A DNA stretch of 58,677 nt, filler included, from Sphacelaria rigidula (lineage: Eukaryota), in NCBI GenBank assembly GCA_964200075.2. It is 5 parts of 5 records of this genome, joined end to end, with 100 filler letters (N's around TTAATTAATTAA, not from the genome) between each part and the next. Parts side by side here need not be neighbours in the genome. Positions count along the whole stretch, not along the records: positions 1 to 11,657 come from CAXNAA020004655.1; 4 more parts are not named here. One strand, 5' to 3'. The position numbers were made by a program, and so were the translations under genes. Below are positions 1 to 11,757 of this stretch, in pieces; within the stretch, counting starts at the first letter, position 1, and the number at the start of each line of letters is the position of its first letter. The notes beneath the pieces were generated by a model. That model was not told where the DNA came from and made no database searches. It worked only from the letters and a program-made list of their open reading frames with translations.

Positions 1-806
1 AAAACAAATTTGGACAATCTTTGAGAAACTAAGAAAATACGGATCCTGCATACTTCTGACGCTGACTACTGTATGTCCCTCTCGATTGAAGTCTTGCGGA
101 GAGTTTCAGAATGTTGGGTGGAAATGAACATGTAAAGTCATTTGCCAAGCGTCTAATTTTCGTGTTTAGCTTACGTGGTGAGCTGGCTCATCGTCTCAGA
201 TCCGATATTTTCTCGAACACTCTTCTGTCAGTAGTTACTCGGAAAATGTATCGCAAGTACCGTTCCGGAAGGACCTCCACATTTCGCGATCAAGCGTTTC
301 TAAGAGAGGATCATCTTGTGTGAGCCTCCGGCGTCATGTGCTGGCTTCCGCAGCCTGCAGTGCTCGCCGACTGGCTTTTTGTTGTTGTTTGCATACGGTT
401 TTGCTGAAACAGATTTCTTCAAATGTCTACTAGAGCCCGTGAAAAGTGTTGGTAGTGTGACATGTGCTCCTTTCACTTTAGGGCACGCACACGCAGGCAC
501 AAGCTTAATTCTGACGTATGTAGCCAATGATCGAACTGCGCTGTGACCCTCGGTGCACCCTGTACATTTTCAAACCCGATTTCTGTTTTCCACTGCGGTT
601 ACAAGCCCTCAAACTTTCAAGGGTGCGTGCAAGGCTTCGGCGGCCGCCGCATCGAGCTGGATCTGTTGCCGCCAGGTTGTGTTGCTCCACCTCGCCTCGC
701 TCTGTTTCGGTTTTAACTGGTTAATATTCCATTGCTTGGTAACATCGCACACCTCCTTGCGTTCTCTTCCTTTTTTGTCTGCGTTTGACTTCCGTTGTAA
801 TGTTAG

Positions 807-3800
807 GCTTGGCCTGGCGTATGACCCCGAACTCGAGATCTGGAATCTAACACCCCACGGACCGTTCTCCACGATCGAGGATTTCTCGTCGTCGCCTCTC
901 TTGCAGTCGCTACCGGACGGCTTGCGTTTCACGGTGGTGGGCATATATGTGCACAGTCAGCCCGTCTTGCATAAGATCGAGCCCCTTGGGTTCAACTAGC
1001 TAGTAAATCCCAAAACCCGTTAGAGGACGAAGCAGGGGATTCGATGCCCAACAGATATAATTTTACACGTTTTTGTGTGTAGAGTACCTGAATTCCGTCG
1101 ATGACATTGTGGGACGTGAGTTTTTTTTTGCGGAAGTCGATGCGGTACGGGAGTGCTGATGCAACCCGCGGTGCTAGAAGAGTAAGCGTGTGCTGGGGTC
1201 GAAATGAATCATCAATCCATTGAGACCAGGGAGTCGTCCCCTAGGCAGGCAATGGGTGAAAAGTATTGTACGACGGAGTACCCTTTGGCGGAAGCCATAA
1301 AATGTGCCATATATACAGGACGGTATGCTTTGTGGGAAAATTCGCCGTCGTGGATAAGGTACAGTGTTCACTAATGTAAGGCCAAATGGTGTATATTATT
1401 TGTACATATATTTATGTTGTAGCAGCATGTATTATGAAGGAAGGAAGGGTGCACCCCGCGCCAAAAGTTTCTGATCAGAATTTACGTGTAGGGTCCCAAT
1501 ATGTACATTTTACCATTAATGGCCTCACCTAGTGCGTGTATGATACTGAGAGGCTCAAGAGATTTTCCAAAAAAGGAAGAAGGAAAATGAACATCCTTGC
1601 TCATCTGGTGTTTTTTTCCCCGTCCCCCCCCCCACTCACGTGTCCTGTCGGCGGGTTGATTTTCCTTGTGCTTCTCGGACGGTCCCCCCTTTTTTTTTGC
1701 TTCTGTTCTTGTGGGTTCTCGCGGTAGATTGACCGAGAGAAGGGTTGCATCATCGGCATGGCAGCCATCTTGGCCAACGAACCCTCGTGTCTTCGCGCAG
1801 AGATAGGTAGGGCGTCGGAGAATAAAGTGGACTTGACGGGTTGTTTGCACAGACACCTGTGATCGTTCCACGGTGTTTCGTTCAGTAGTGTTTCATCACT
1901 CGGTCGATTAGAACCTTCCCGGAATTTTCTTACTTGATTTGATTGTAAACACCGATATTGGTATCATTAGCGGGGCTGACAGCCCCGACTGCCCCTGGCG
2001 TGCGCAGAAAGCGTTGTCGTCACAATCGGCGCTTGCGGCACCGTTTTGAGGTCTGCCAACCCTTTGCCTAGGGAAAGCTCCGTACCCCCCCCCCGCGCCC
2101 GAGGGTTCTCGGTATGCCTTGGGTTAGGGGTGGAGTTAGGGTTTGCGTCATTTAAAAAAAATATTTGTTTCCGAGAGATTTATTCATTGACCAAGTGGTG
2201 AACACACCTCGTTTCGTTCCGAGATATGATAAGTGTCGTGTTTGTGTGATATTGTGTATGTACCGCCTTCATCTGCATCCACACACGTACTCCTTACCAG
2301 CGCCTCCACACGCACGTCATGTGCTTGTGTGATATAAGAATTCAATCGTTTTGCTGTGTTTTCTTACTCCTCACAGCCGAAAAATGATACGTCAGGGTCT
2401 CACCCAGAATTTGCATCTTTCATGTGTACGTGTATATCTAGAAGTACTGCTTTCTCCGGTGATTCCATGGTTGCTTGCTGGTATGCTGGTGCTCGTGTAT
2501 TTCTCCCAGCATGGGGGTAGCATTTCCTGAAGCTCACTACTGCTGTGAGGCCTAAGGGAAAATGACGTTCCCTTGTATGCGTGGTTGCCCGGGAACCTTT
2601 TAGATTTCGACCTTGGGTCTGAATGACAAGAGCTAATGCGATGAAAAAAAAAGGCAAACTGCTATCTGAGAATAGCCGCTTTTCAAACGTCGCTTGAGTC
2701 AGTGGTGAGCACATCTGATCCTTGTGATGTCATCTATACACGGCGACATGTCGATACCTCGACAAGGCGTTGCCCCGCGAAAATACACGGACTGGGGTGT
2801 GTCGTACATGATACACGTCAACTAGCTCCCTTAAATCGGGCAAAATAAGTACACCTCCCCTAGCTTGAAATGGTGTTGTGACTATGGCATGCATGATCAT
2901 GAGTACACTCCCCTACCTCGAGATGGCTCTCAACTGCCTCACCACGAAACAAAAGATTTTCCATTATGACGAATCGTCGCTGTCGCTGCCATACTGCTCT
3001 CTTCTTTTTGTGAAGGAGATATTTGGCTCAACCCTGCCTACAGAGACACCCCGGCTCTCCAGGAGGTGCACTACCTGCTCCTTGGCCACCTGTTCGGACT
3101 AGGCTACCGCCGTGTGGAGAGACGAGTAGATGTCGGCGACGCGCAGGCACGAATAGATCTCCACACCGCGGGTTTCCACATTGAGGGTGTGCTTCGGAAG
3201 CACATGATTGTCAAGGTGAAAAGATGAACGGTGAATTTTGTTTCTGTTCCGTTTCCGGCTTTTTTCGAGTGTTTGCTTTTTATACTCTTCAGAAGAAGTG
3301 ATTTACGCGGATGGTTTTGGCGATATTGTATGATCGCTCTGCTACACACGTCACACATGTAATAGTGCGATTCAGCAGTCATGATTATTTCTCTAAACGC
3401 AAGCGAAAATACGCACACGAGGGGAGGGGGCTTAACCTTCAGACCGCGAGGTTAGTCTATCTGGATTATGCTTTCTTTTTTTCACTTGAAATTGATGCCG
3501 ATTCAACAGAAGACTAACCTCGCGGTATAAGGGTTAAGTCAGCCAGGTCCATTTCTTAGGGACGAATGTTTTTTCATCAAGGGTGTAAACTCTCCGTGTC
3601 CATCTGACTCGACCCGCACGCACCCATGCGCTCTACAATCCATATTTGTGAGATGAAGAACGTAATATTTTCGTCCGTGAGAATACCACGGCCCCCATGC
3701 TACATTTGCTCTAGTGAGAGCCGTGTCCGTGCTCTGGTTGCTGAATCTTAACCTTTTGGATGTGGTTTGGAGCACAAACATATTAATTGAAAGGGAGGAT

Positions 3801-6027
3801 AGTCTTGTTATCGGGAAACGGTCAGCCAACAAGCTGCCCGATGACGGATGAACTCCTCTTGTGAAAGTTATGTAGGGGTCCCCCAGGTCGTGGGACGTCA
3901 GCAGCGTCAGGCACTTGCTCTCGTCACCATACACTCACAGCCATGAATCAGTCCTTTTTGTATCTTTCCGCGAGAGCACGCTCACAAGTAGGAAGGTCAC
4001 GCCACAGTAGTGTTGTTCCTTTTCGATTTTTGGAGGCATCAGCAAGGAAGACATGTGCACTGGAAGGTGGGGTCGCGTTCCGCAGAATCATTTATCTTCC
4101 GCTCAGAGAGGAGGTCAGCGTGGGAAGAGGGGTGGGCATTGTCACCTTCAACAGGTGGCTTCACGGGCGATGCCCCACGGTGTAAAAGGTCGCATCACGC
4201 ACGAGATCTGTCACAGCACATATCGCAAGTGATTGCTGCTGAAAGTATATCTATTTATGCTAGAACCGGGCGAGGTTGGTGCAGGGTTCTCCAGATGCGG
4301 GCCCCACCTCGTGCGCATCCCTCTTGAAACACACATATACAGCTGTGTAGTATACGAATATACCAATATACTGCTTGCTGTTTGTGTTTGCTGCTGCGTA
4401 TCAACCGCAGAAGTGATGCCTTGGGCGGTACTACCTGCTCACTGTACAGCGGCAGGGTGCAGGGTGGCATCGCACACCGCAGAATGTCATATCCTTAGCC
4501 TGTCCCCGTGATGCATTGATTCCCCGCTGTCTAATGCAGTTCGCCACAGTATGAACGCGGACGCTTTTGCTGCGGCCACCATGTACGTGGGATATCACGA
4601 TATCACCCCTCGCGACACGCTATATCGCTACGCCACATTTTGTACAGCTGCCCGTGTTGCAGCTAAGCGTGCGTTTGCCCCAGGTGGCGTACGCAGGAGT
4701 AAAACGCCGCCTCCGCCACTGTAGTGGCTGCCCGTATCTCGGGCGAAGCTGTATAATAACACAGCCGCTATGGCGCAAAATCCGCCTGTGACATTTCACG
4801 TTGTGAAGATTTTTACCCGCTGGTGTCTGTATGTAGCGTGCAGTTGCCGACTACAAGTACGAGTACAAACAGTATTCCACAAACTACAGCAGGCAATAGA
4901 TTCCATACTGTGCGCGGTACACTTTTAACTTTGTGTACGTACTGACTGTAGAATTCTTTCCCCAGGGCGCGGTACACTTCACATATAATTTGGCGCGTTG
5001 AGATCGTGAAAAAATCCGGAACATATATGGTCGAAGTGCAAGTGGGGCAATCGCCAAAACATTTACATGCAAACTATGTCCCAGGGCACTGCGAGTTGAT
5101 ATCGCTAGAAGAACACTACTGTGACCACCTTACCGGCTTCCAGACTGTCAGCACTCGAGATACGCTAGCATTGCTACTTTCTGTACGGGTATGTTGCCCC
5201 CATGTCGGGTACGCTGGAAAGGGTCCGTGGCAGAATGCAGCGGTCGCGCGAGGGAAGCTTAACCTTGACATGTCGAGATTTTTGGACCGGGAATCTTCAG
5301 CCCCCGGCCCTCGTGTATATGAGGGAGCCTAGATGCCACTTCTTTCCTGGATTTCTATGAGCTTTCATCCCTAACTGGGCGAAGATCGACGGTGAGGCCG
5401 GCGGGTTCGTTCCGGCCTGCGAGCCCGACCGATACCGTACTCAGTGTAGTCGCTATCAGACAGGAAGTGCTAAATGAAAAAGAAAAACTGGTGAGCCTGG
5501 TATCCACCGTTTCAATGCGGACCGGGGCCTCACCGACTTGTACGGATGCACGAACGACCGTGAGACCTTGCTCTTGTACCCAATCGATACATCCTCCAAG
5601 TTTCGGCGGCATCACAAGCGAGGTGAGGATTTTCTTCACGCCTAACCTTCGAAAACGCCGCCTCCATAACAATGAAAAGAAGTAACACTGGCCAACCCGC
5701 ATGCATTCCCCGTTTCCGTTTCCGTTCACGAAGGGCTCAAACCGCGATACGGCGATGTTTGCGATGGTGAATAGTGACTGGAGAGACAAAGCCAAAGAGG
5801 CCCTGGAGCGAATCGTGGAGCCTGAGGTCCCGAAAAAATCCGGGGGCGCATTAATGGTGGCAGTGAAAACGGAGGGAGGGATCGAGGCGTCAGCAGTGCT
5901 GGCAGCAAGTAGCGGTAGTGATGGCGGGGTGGTGAGCCGGAATGGTGGTGAGGTTGGTGCTGTTCCCGCAGACGGGTCCGCGACTGACGGAGCTGCAGAC
6001 CAAGCCGACCGAAAAAAAAATGCCTGA
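807..6027 (+). CDS. RimJ/RimL-family (Acetyltransf_3-like) GNAT N-acetyltransferase, spliced, 5'-incomplete; exons 807-936, 1728-1806, 3016-3215, 5734-6027
   Basis: Four exons joined by GT-AG introns with matching phases (0,1,0) give ...LGLAYDPELEIWNLTPHGPFSTIEDF...LRFTV|IDREKGCIIGMAAILANEPSCLRAEI|GDIWLNPAYRDTPALQEVHYLLLGHLFGLGYRRVERRVDVGDAQARIDLHTAGFHIEGVLRKHMIVK|GSNRDTAMFAMVNSDW...*. This follows the family pattern EIG.IW..P..Q.T....E..YLL....F.LGYRRVEW.....GF..EG..R.HM.VKGRNRDTAW. Start exon not identified. Confidence 0.85.
3432..3537. mobile_element. piggyBac-like MITE (family A) in GNAT intron 3
   Basis: TTAA at 3432-3435 and 3534-3537; inverted termini CCTTCAGACCGCGAGGTTAGTC / GACTAACCTCGCGGTATAAGGG; internal GATGCCGATTC motif shared with other copies in the window. 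Confidence 0.7.
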
Positions 6028-7912
6028 GAATTTTCGCTTGTAGCGTTGAAACGGTCGTTTGGTTGAGGGGTCATTGCGCGAAAGAAATGGAGCGTCTCGA
6101 ATCAACAATCGTGTCTACAGGGAAAACTTGTAAAGTTGCCCGTTTCCCATGATACAAATAGGGAAGAAATGTAGGCATGATATTGCATCCCGTAGTCAGC
6201 GATCAGTGACCTCGTATGCTGCTACAATGCCAGAAGAACGCCCGGTTGTCGCCGGACCAGGATCGCAGTCACCAAGCGCGAAGTGCCGTGGTGCGCTAGG
6301 CGAGTCGTGTGACCTGCATCTATCAACCCTTTGGGTACTGGCAATGGAAAAGTGCTGATTTCAACGTGCTGTTTTTTTTAACAATATATGGTTAATTGTT
6401 CGCAGCTTCCAAGGACCACTACTGTGCCCAAGTCGTGTTTCTTAGACCTGCGACCGCTTCCAACTGGCGGTGAATCACGTAAATACTGTATCGCAGCTCA
6501 ATCCTTCCACGTATGGTGAGGGGATTTCGGTGTGCTCGGCCATTCTACTTCGTTTCTGTGATGTGGCTTGGCACGCTTGCCGAAGTGTTGGGCGGGTACG
6601 ACCTTCAGACTGCAGCACAACAATACTCCGGTGGGGTGCGTCACCTACATGAATGTGTGCCACAGTGCCACACGGGACTAAACATACCGAAAATACACAG
6701 GTGGTGCTGATTTTGGTTGTATGAAATCCAGAGGCCGTGGTTCTGGTTTTTGCTGCGCACGAAGTTGAACATACTCGACCCGTTGCGTCCCCTCATTCGA
6801 TGAAACGATGAAACTAATCCAACCGCACCGGACAATTTCTACAACAGCCCCCCCCCTCGAAGAAAAAGCGCCTGGTTTGGGGAGGCAAACTCGTCACATT
6901 GAGGAAAAACCGGATCACAACGAGCAGCTCGGAATTTCCGCGGTTGGGTTCGTTCTCGCCATTGTCGCCTATATGAGACGCTTGATGAAGTCTGAACCCA
7001 AACATCAGGCGCAGTATGACCATTTTTTTCGTGGCACTTTTGGGCTGGGGCTACCGTAACAGGTGTCACCGGGGTGATCTTTTTGGTGCGAGCATGATGT
7101 ATGTCGGTCGGTTCTTTCGTGACCTCCCGCCGCAAAAATGGTTGCTGTCGATTTCTTCTTTTCCCATCTTTTCTTCTTTGTCAGCGCTTGAAATAGTGAG
7201 GCGTTTGGACCGAGGCGGGAGGGGAGGGTTCCCAACGGGTTGAGATTGTTCGGCCCGAAGCGTATCAATCATGTTGCGTATGGATAACAGCCGTCAACGA
7301 GTTGTTTCACCTGGTTTAACCACTTCCAGAGGGGGAGGAAAGGGGAGGGCACCGGTGAACATCGACACAGCACCGTGCTGGTCGGATGCATCAAACTGGT
7401 CGCCTTGTCGTAGCATCGACGGTTGATGAGTGGCTCGACTGCTGTTCCTGATGTTGGTACTTTTTTCTTCTTGCATGCTCCCGAGGTACGAAATGAAATG
7501 ATGCAAACTGAACAACCTATGCAGTCTTTTTTGCACTGAAGTATGGAATTCGTTCATGGTGGTCATTTGAAGCCCCCGAAAAAAATGCACACAGCGCGTG
7601 GCGCTATCCTCTCTCCAAAATTGCGCCATTTTTACTACACCCCAACATGACACACGGTCTTGCACCTCTCAAAGTCACAATGCGGGGCCACGATGAACCA
7701 CTGAACTCTTGCCAATTAACCGCCCACGAACGCACATACGGTGGGGTGGGGGGGGGGGGGGGGGCAGTCTCGCCCTTTGCTCAACAAAAGTTTTGCCCAA
7801 CACAAGCCCCCCAACAAAAAAAAAAAAAAAACCATTTACCCCNNNNNNNNNNAGCAGGTCGGGCGGAAGCTGCACGGAACCCGCCTCCTTGCGACCCGCG
7901 GCCGGCCGCGGG

Positions 7913-7948
<36 letters not shown>

Positions 7949-8789
7949 CTCGACCTTTGCTCAACAGAAGTTATGCTCAACACAAGCCGCACAACACAAG
8001 ACAAAAAACAACCATGTACGCCAGCTTGCTCGTGAACGGAGGAGTGTCGACATCCCACACAGCCCTCCATGGACTATCGTTCGTCGCGCCGTTGTTGTAA
8101 ATCACATCCAACTCACATAAGACAAAACAGTATCCACACACTGCAAGGAGCGTTGCTTGGAACGCTCCTTACCGATTTTTCGCCTTCTCTCCTTTCCCAG
8201 ACTCGCCGCCCTAGCCGCTAAGTAGTGTGTACAATACTCGTCCAAGATGAGGTCAAAACTAGGACAAGATTAGAAGGAGGGATGAAAACAGAGCTATGAA
8301 GAAACGCGCCTTAAATGACCCAAGTTTTTATGCACATACAGACGCAATCAACACCCCATGTCCTGAACACGTCGTCAGTCTTCCACAACACTAGATGTCA
8401 CTGTAGGCTAGAGATAGCGTTCCGAAAACGCACCTGTACTGTGGGGTGTCATTGATAGCTGTTGCTCGAGAGAAATAACCAGTATCGGAATCATCCCCCC
8501 TGCCCGCCCCAGAAGCACAAACTGGTTAGTGGAGGATGGGATTATATTGCCCGTAAAGGCAGAGAAAGGGAACTTATCCCTTTTTCGACAATGTTCCCGT
8601 CACAATGAACACACGAAACATGAAGGAAAATGGATCACTCCTCCGTCGACTTCAAACCTCACATTTTCGAACCAACCGCACCAACAGCTTCAGGCGCTCA
8701 AGAGCGTGAGCCGCAACCCAGCGCGACGGTAAAAATCTCATCTTCGTACCCCACCCCAACCTTTAAGACGACCCATCCTGACAAAGCCA

Positions 8790-11395
8790 TCACGCAATGA
8801 GCGAAGTTGGGTACTGCTCCTCCCCCTCCTCGTCGTTCTGTTCCCCCGCGTCTACAGTGTCCTGCGCCTCCAGAGCCAAGATGTGCTCGGGCTCAATGTC
8901 TCCGGCCAGCTCGCTGAGCCTTGACACAGATAGGTTGCGAGGCACCTCCTCTCCGGCCTCGGCCTTTCCCACAAGAATACGCCACGACATGTGGCACTCT
9001 GCCACAACCTTCATCGCGTAATTTCGCCCCATGCACTGCTCGTCGAGGGCGAACTTGTTGGGCGGCTTTCCGTCGGGGATCTTGTAACTGCGGAACCACT
9101 CTCGGATGGAATCGATCACGCCCGGAAGTAAGCGCTCTACGTCGCTCACGTCGTTGAGTTCAGGCGCCCACCTGTCCTCCCTGTCGATAGCGATCACCTT
9201 CCAGTCCGTCTCGTCTGCCGGTCGGATTGAAGCCAGCACAGAGGCAAAAACAAAACAAGACAAAATAAAACAACCCGAGAGGGAAGAAAATTGTCACAGT
9301 TGCATCCACAAAAAGAGACCGCTCGGAGACTTCGAAATTGTGACGAATATCGATTTTTTGCAGAAACGTCGTCACCACCGGCGCCCCCGTGTGACGGTGC
9401 TTTTTTTTCTGACTCCAGGTCGAAGGCGGGCAATTACGACCCGAAGCCTTGTCCGAGTTGGACTTCCACCTCCACCCGTTTCCCGCCACGTGCCGTCTCT
9501 CAAGTCTTCAGATCATTTCGTTTCAACTCACCTTCGTCGATCATAGCCAGGACGCCGATGACCTTGACCTGTCGCACGTCACCGGTGGGTACTATACGGA
9601 GCCCGATCTCGCACACGTCCAAGGGGTCGTTGTCGCCGGGGTAATTGGTGTCCGGGTGCACGTGCTCGGGGTCTTCCCATGTACGCGGGAAGCAGCCGTA
9701 GTTGAAGAAGATATCCCCCTGTTTGTCGTGGCAAGTATAGTGTTTGCGTCAGGCATGGGAACGACCATGTTACTGAACGGCAATTATGTGCCCAGGGAGA
9801 GGCGGGGAGATGGAGACGTTCGTACTTGATTCGGATATTCTTCATCGACCATCTATACTAGTCACCGGTATATATATATATATATCGATGAGCCGGCAGG
9901 AACAGGTACACCCGGTTAAGAGTGTGACAAGCATTCACCCGCCATTTCTAGGAGCCATTAGCGGTCGTTACAGCGGCATGTCGTTACTGAAATATCCCGT
10001 GTTGACCGTTCTCGTCGCACAACAGAAGTGTTAATCGGGCCCCCGTGCTGTTCGGGTTGGAACATGCTTGTCTTGAAACACTCGAGAGAATTGAAACAGT
10101 GTGATCTTGAAAAAGAAGAGGAAATCTACCCGCGCTTGATTTACTTCCCTCTACTCTCGACATTCAACTGCAACACAAAACCTCAACACGCACACAGTCA
10201 GTACACATACGCACCTTCTTGAACTCCCGCAGCGTCCCTTTTTTCTCGTCCTGCTTGATGGGGTTGCCCACCTCGTTGGTGGCGATCTCGAACTTCTTTC
10301 GCGAGCACCGCGGAATCTCGCACACGAAGTTCAGGTGGCCCGTGACCTTCTCCGCCTCGTCCCGGACGTATAGCGGGATGTCGTGCCAGACAGAAATCAC
10401 CTGCTTGCTGTTTTTGTTTTTTATTTTTTAACGGGCGTAGGGGTGGTGGAGTCGGACCGGCGACATTTTTGACGGCGGGGCAGGGGAAAAAAGAGAGTTC
10501 AGCGAACAACGGTCTGGCATATCTACGCAGGCACGTCAGCTTCTCGCGTAAACTCTGTTGTGACCTCTCATCAACCTATCCTCCACGAGGTGATTTGAAC
10601 CCTGTTTCGTGTAACTGTTGTCGTGCCCACTCCATGCCCTGCGAAGGGATGGGTAAGGCAAAACGCTGAGAAAACTCTGAGAAAACCCTCATCTTCGTCG
10701 GTGAGTGATGGCGAATGTTCAGTGGGCAAGAACGGGGGGGAGCAGGGTTCCAACAATCCGCAATCGCACACGTACTGCGAAAATGTTTGTGGGGTATATC
10801 TATTGCAGAACCCGTTCATACATAATAAAAGATGAGACCACGAAGAGATTTTGCCTTGATGAACAAAGGGGTTTGACTGAGCGGAGTTTTACTCTCATTG
10901 TTCTCAAAATAAAGCGTGTCAAAGGATTGTAAACATAACTCTCGCCACTGCCCGCCGGTAATCATGCATCAATCGAGGTCAGTTTACCACTTGGGATGGT
11001 GAGAAATTTCTCAGAAACTTCAAACTTCGAACAAAATTATAACCATTAAAGATCCGGATTTTCGATATTCACACTAAAATCAAGTCGAGCTATCTGAGAA
11101 ATTTCTCACCATCCCAAGTCGTGAACTCTACTGTTTCCATCCATCAAATGCCGACTGACGGAAGGATCATACACACATCCCTCGCCACTTTCCGCCGGTA
11201 ATCATATAGCTTCCTCCACCTGTGTCACGTCCTGTCGTTCACCACTAACCTGTGGGCGTGCTCCGCCATGGCAAATCGGAGACGGTAGTCGAGGGTCCCC
11301 TCCTCTCCCGTCTCGATGATGTCTAGGTTACCGCCGTTTTCGGTTTTGAGCCCCATGTCCGTCAGGCTCGTCGAGGAAGAAGAGTTACGCTTCAT
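8790..11395 (-). CDS. PPA: Soluble inorganic pyrophosphatase, family I, eukaryotic type, 316 aa; exons 11395-11250, 10407-10215, 9718-9532, 9214-8790
   Basis: Exons of 146+193+187+425 nt = 951 nt, GT-AG introns, consistent phases (2,0,1). Motifs [99 protein letters not shown]. The catalytic residues known from yeast Ipp1 appear to be present. Confidence 0.95.
10981..11127. mobile_element. Small MITE-like inverted-repeat element in PPase intron 1
   Basis: AGTTTACCACTTGGGATGGTGAGAAATTTCTCAGA (10981-11015) is the near-perfect reverse complement of TCTGAGAAATTTCTCACCATCCCAAGTCGTGAACT (11093-11127). Confidence 0.65.
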
Positions 11396-11657
11396 TTTTC
11401 TCCCGTCGGGTTGTTGACCGGTATTCGATGCTGCTGGAGATACTACAAACTGCTTTTTGATCTATTCGATGCTTTTTTGGGGGGGGGGGATGCGCCTGTT
11501 TTCCGTGCTGGTGAGTGAGCGCGTGGAACAAAAAAAGCAGCGATGAAAAGCAAAACGGAGGGACGAAGAGGGGAGAGGGGGGGGGGGGGGGGGGGGGGGG
11601 GAAGGGGGGGGGGGGTTGGGGTGTTTCTCGGAGATCTTTTTTTTCTTTTGTCCGGTG

Positions 11658-11757
11658 NNNNNNNNNNNNNNNNNNNNNNNNNNNNNNNNNNNNNNNNNNN
11701 NTTAATTAATTAANNNNNNNNNNNNNNNNNNNNNNNNNNNNNNNNNNNNNNNNNNNN
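11658..11757. other. Artificial contig linker N44-TTAATTAATTAA-N44
   Basis: 100-bp spacer with stop codons in all six frames, repeated identically four times in the window. Confidence 0.97.

Noticed and set aside
606..676. Possible upstream exon of the GNAT gene (GFGGRRIELDLLPP frame)
   Set aside because: The frame that resembles the family is out of phase with the 807 acceptor, and the in-phase frame shows no similarity. Unresolved.
2118..2145. TTAGGG telomere-like motifs
   Set aside because: Only two imperfect units inside an intron; not a telomeric array.
7741..8030. Apparent tandem duplication around a 10-N gap
   Set aside because: The first copy degrades into homopolymer-biased sequence after a poly-G run, typical of read error and overlapping contig ends. 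The same pattern occurs at 15015-15190.
11702..11713. TTAATTAATTAA recurring every ~11.75 kb
   Set aside because: Synthetic six-frame stop linker, not a biological periodicity or a piggyBac target.
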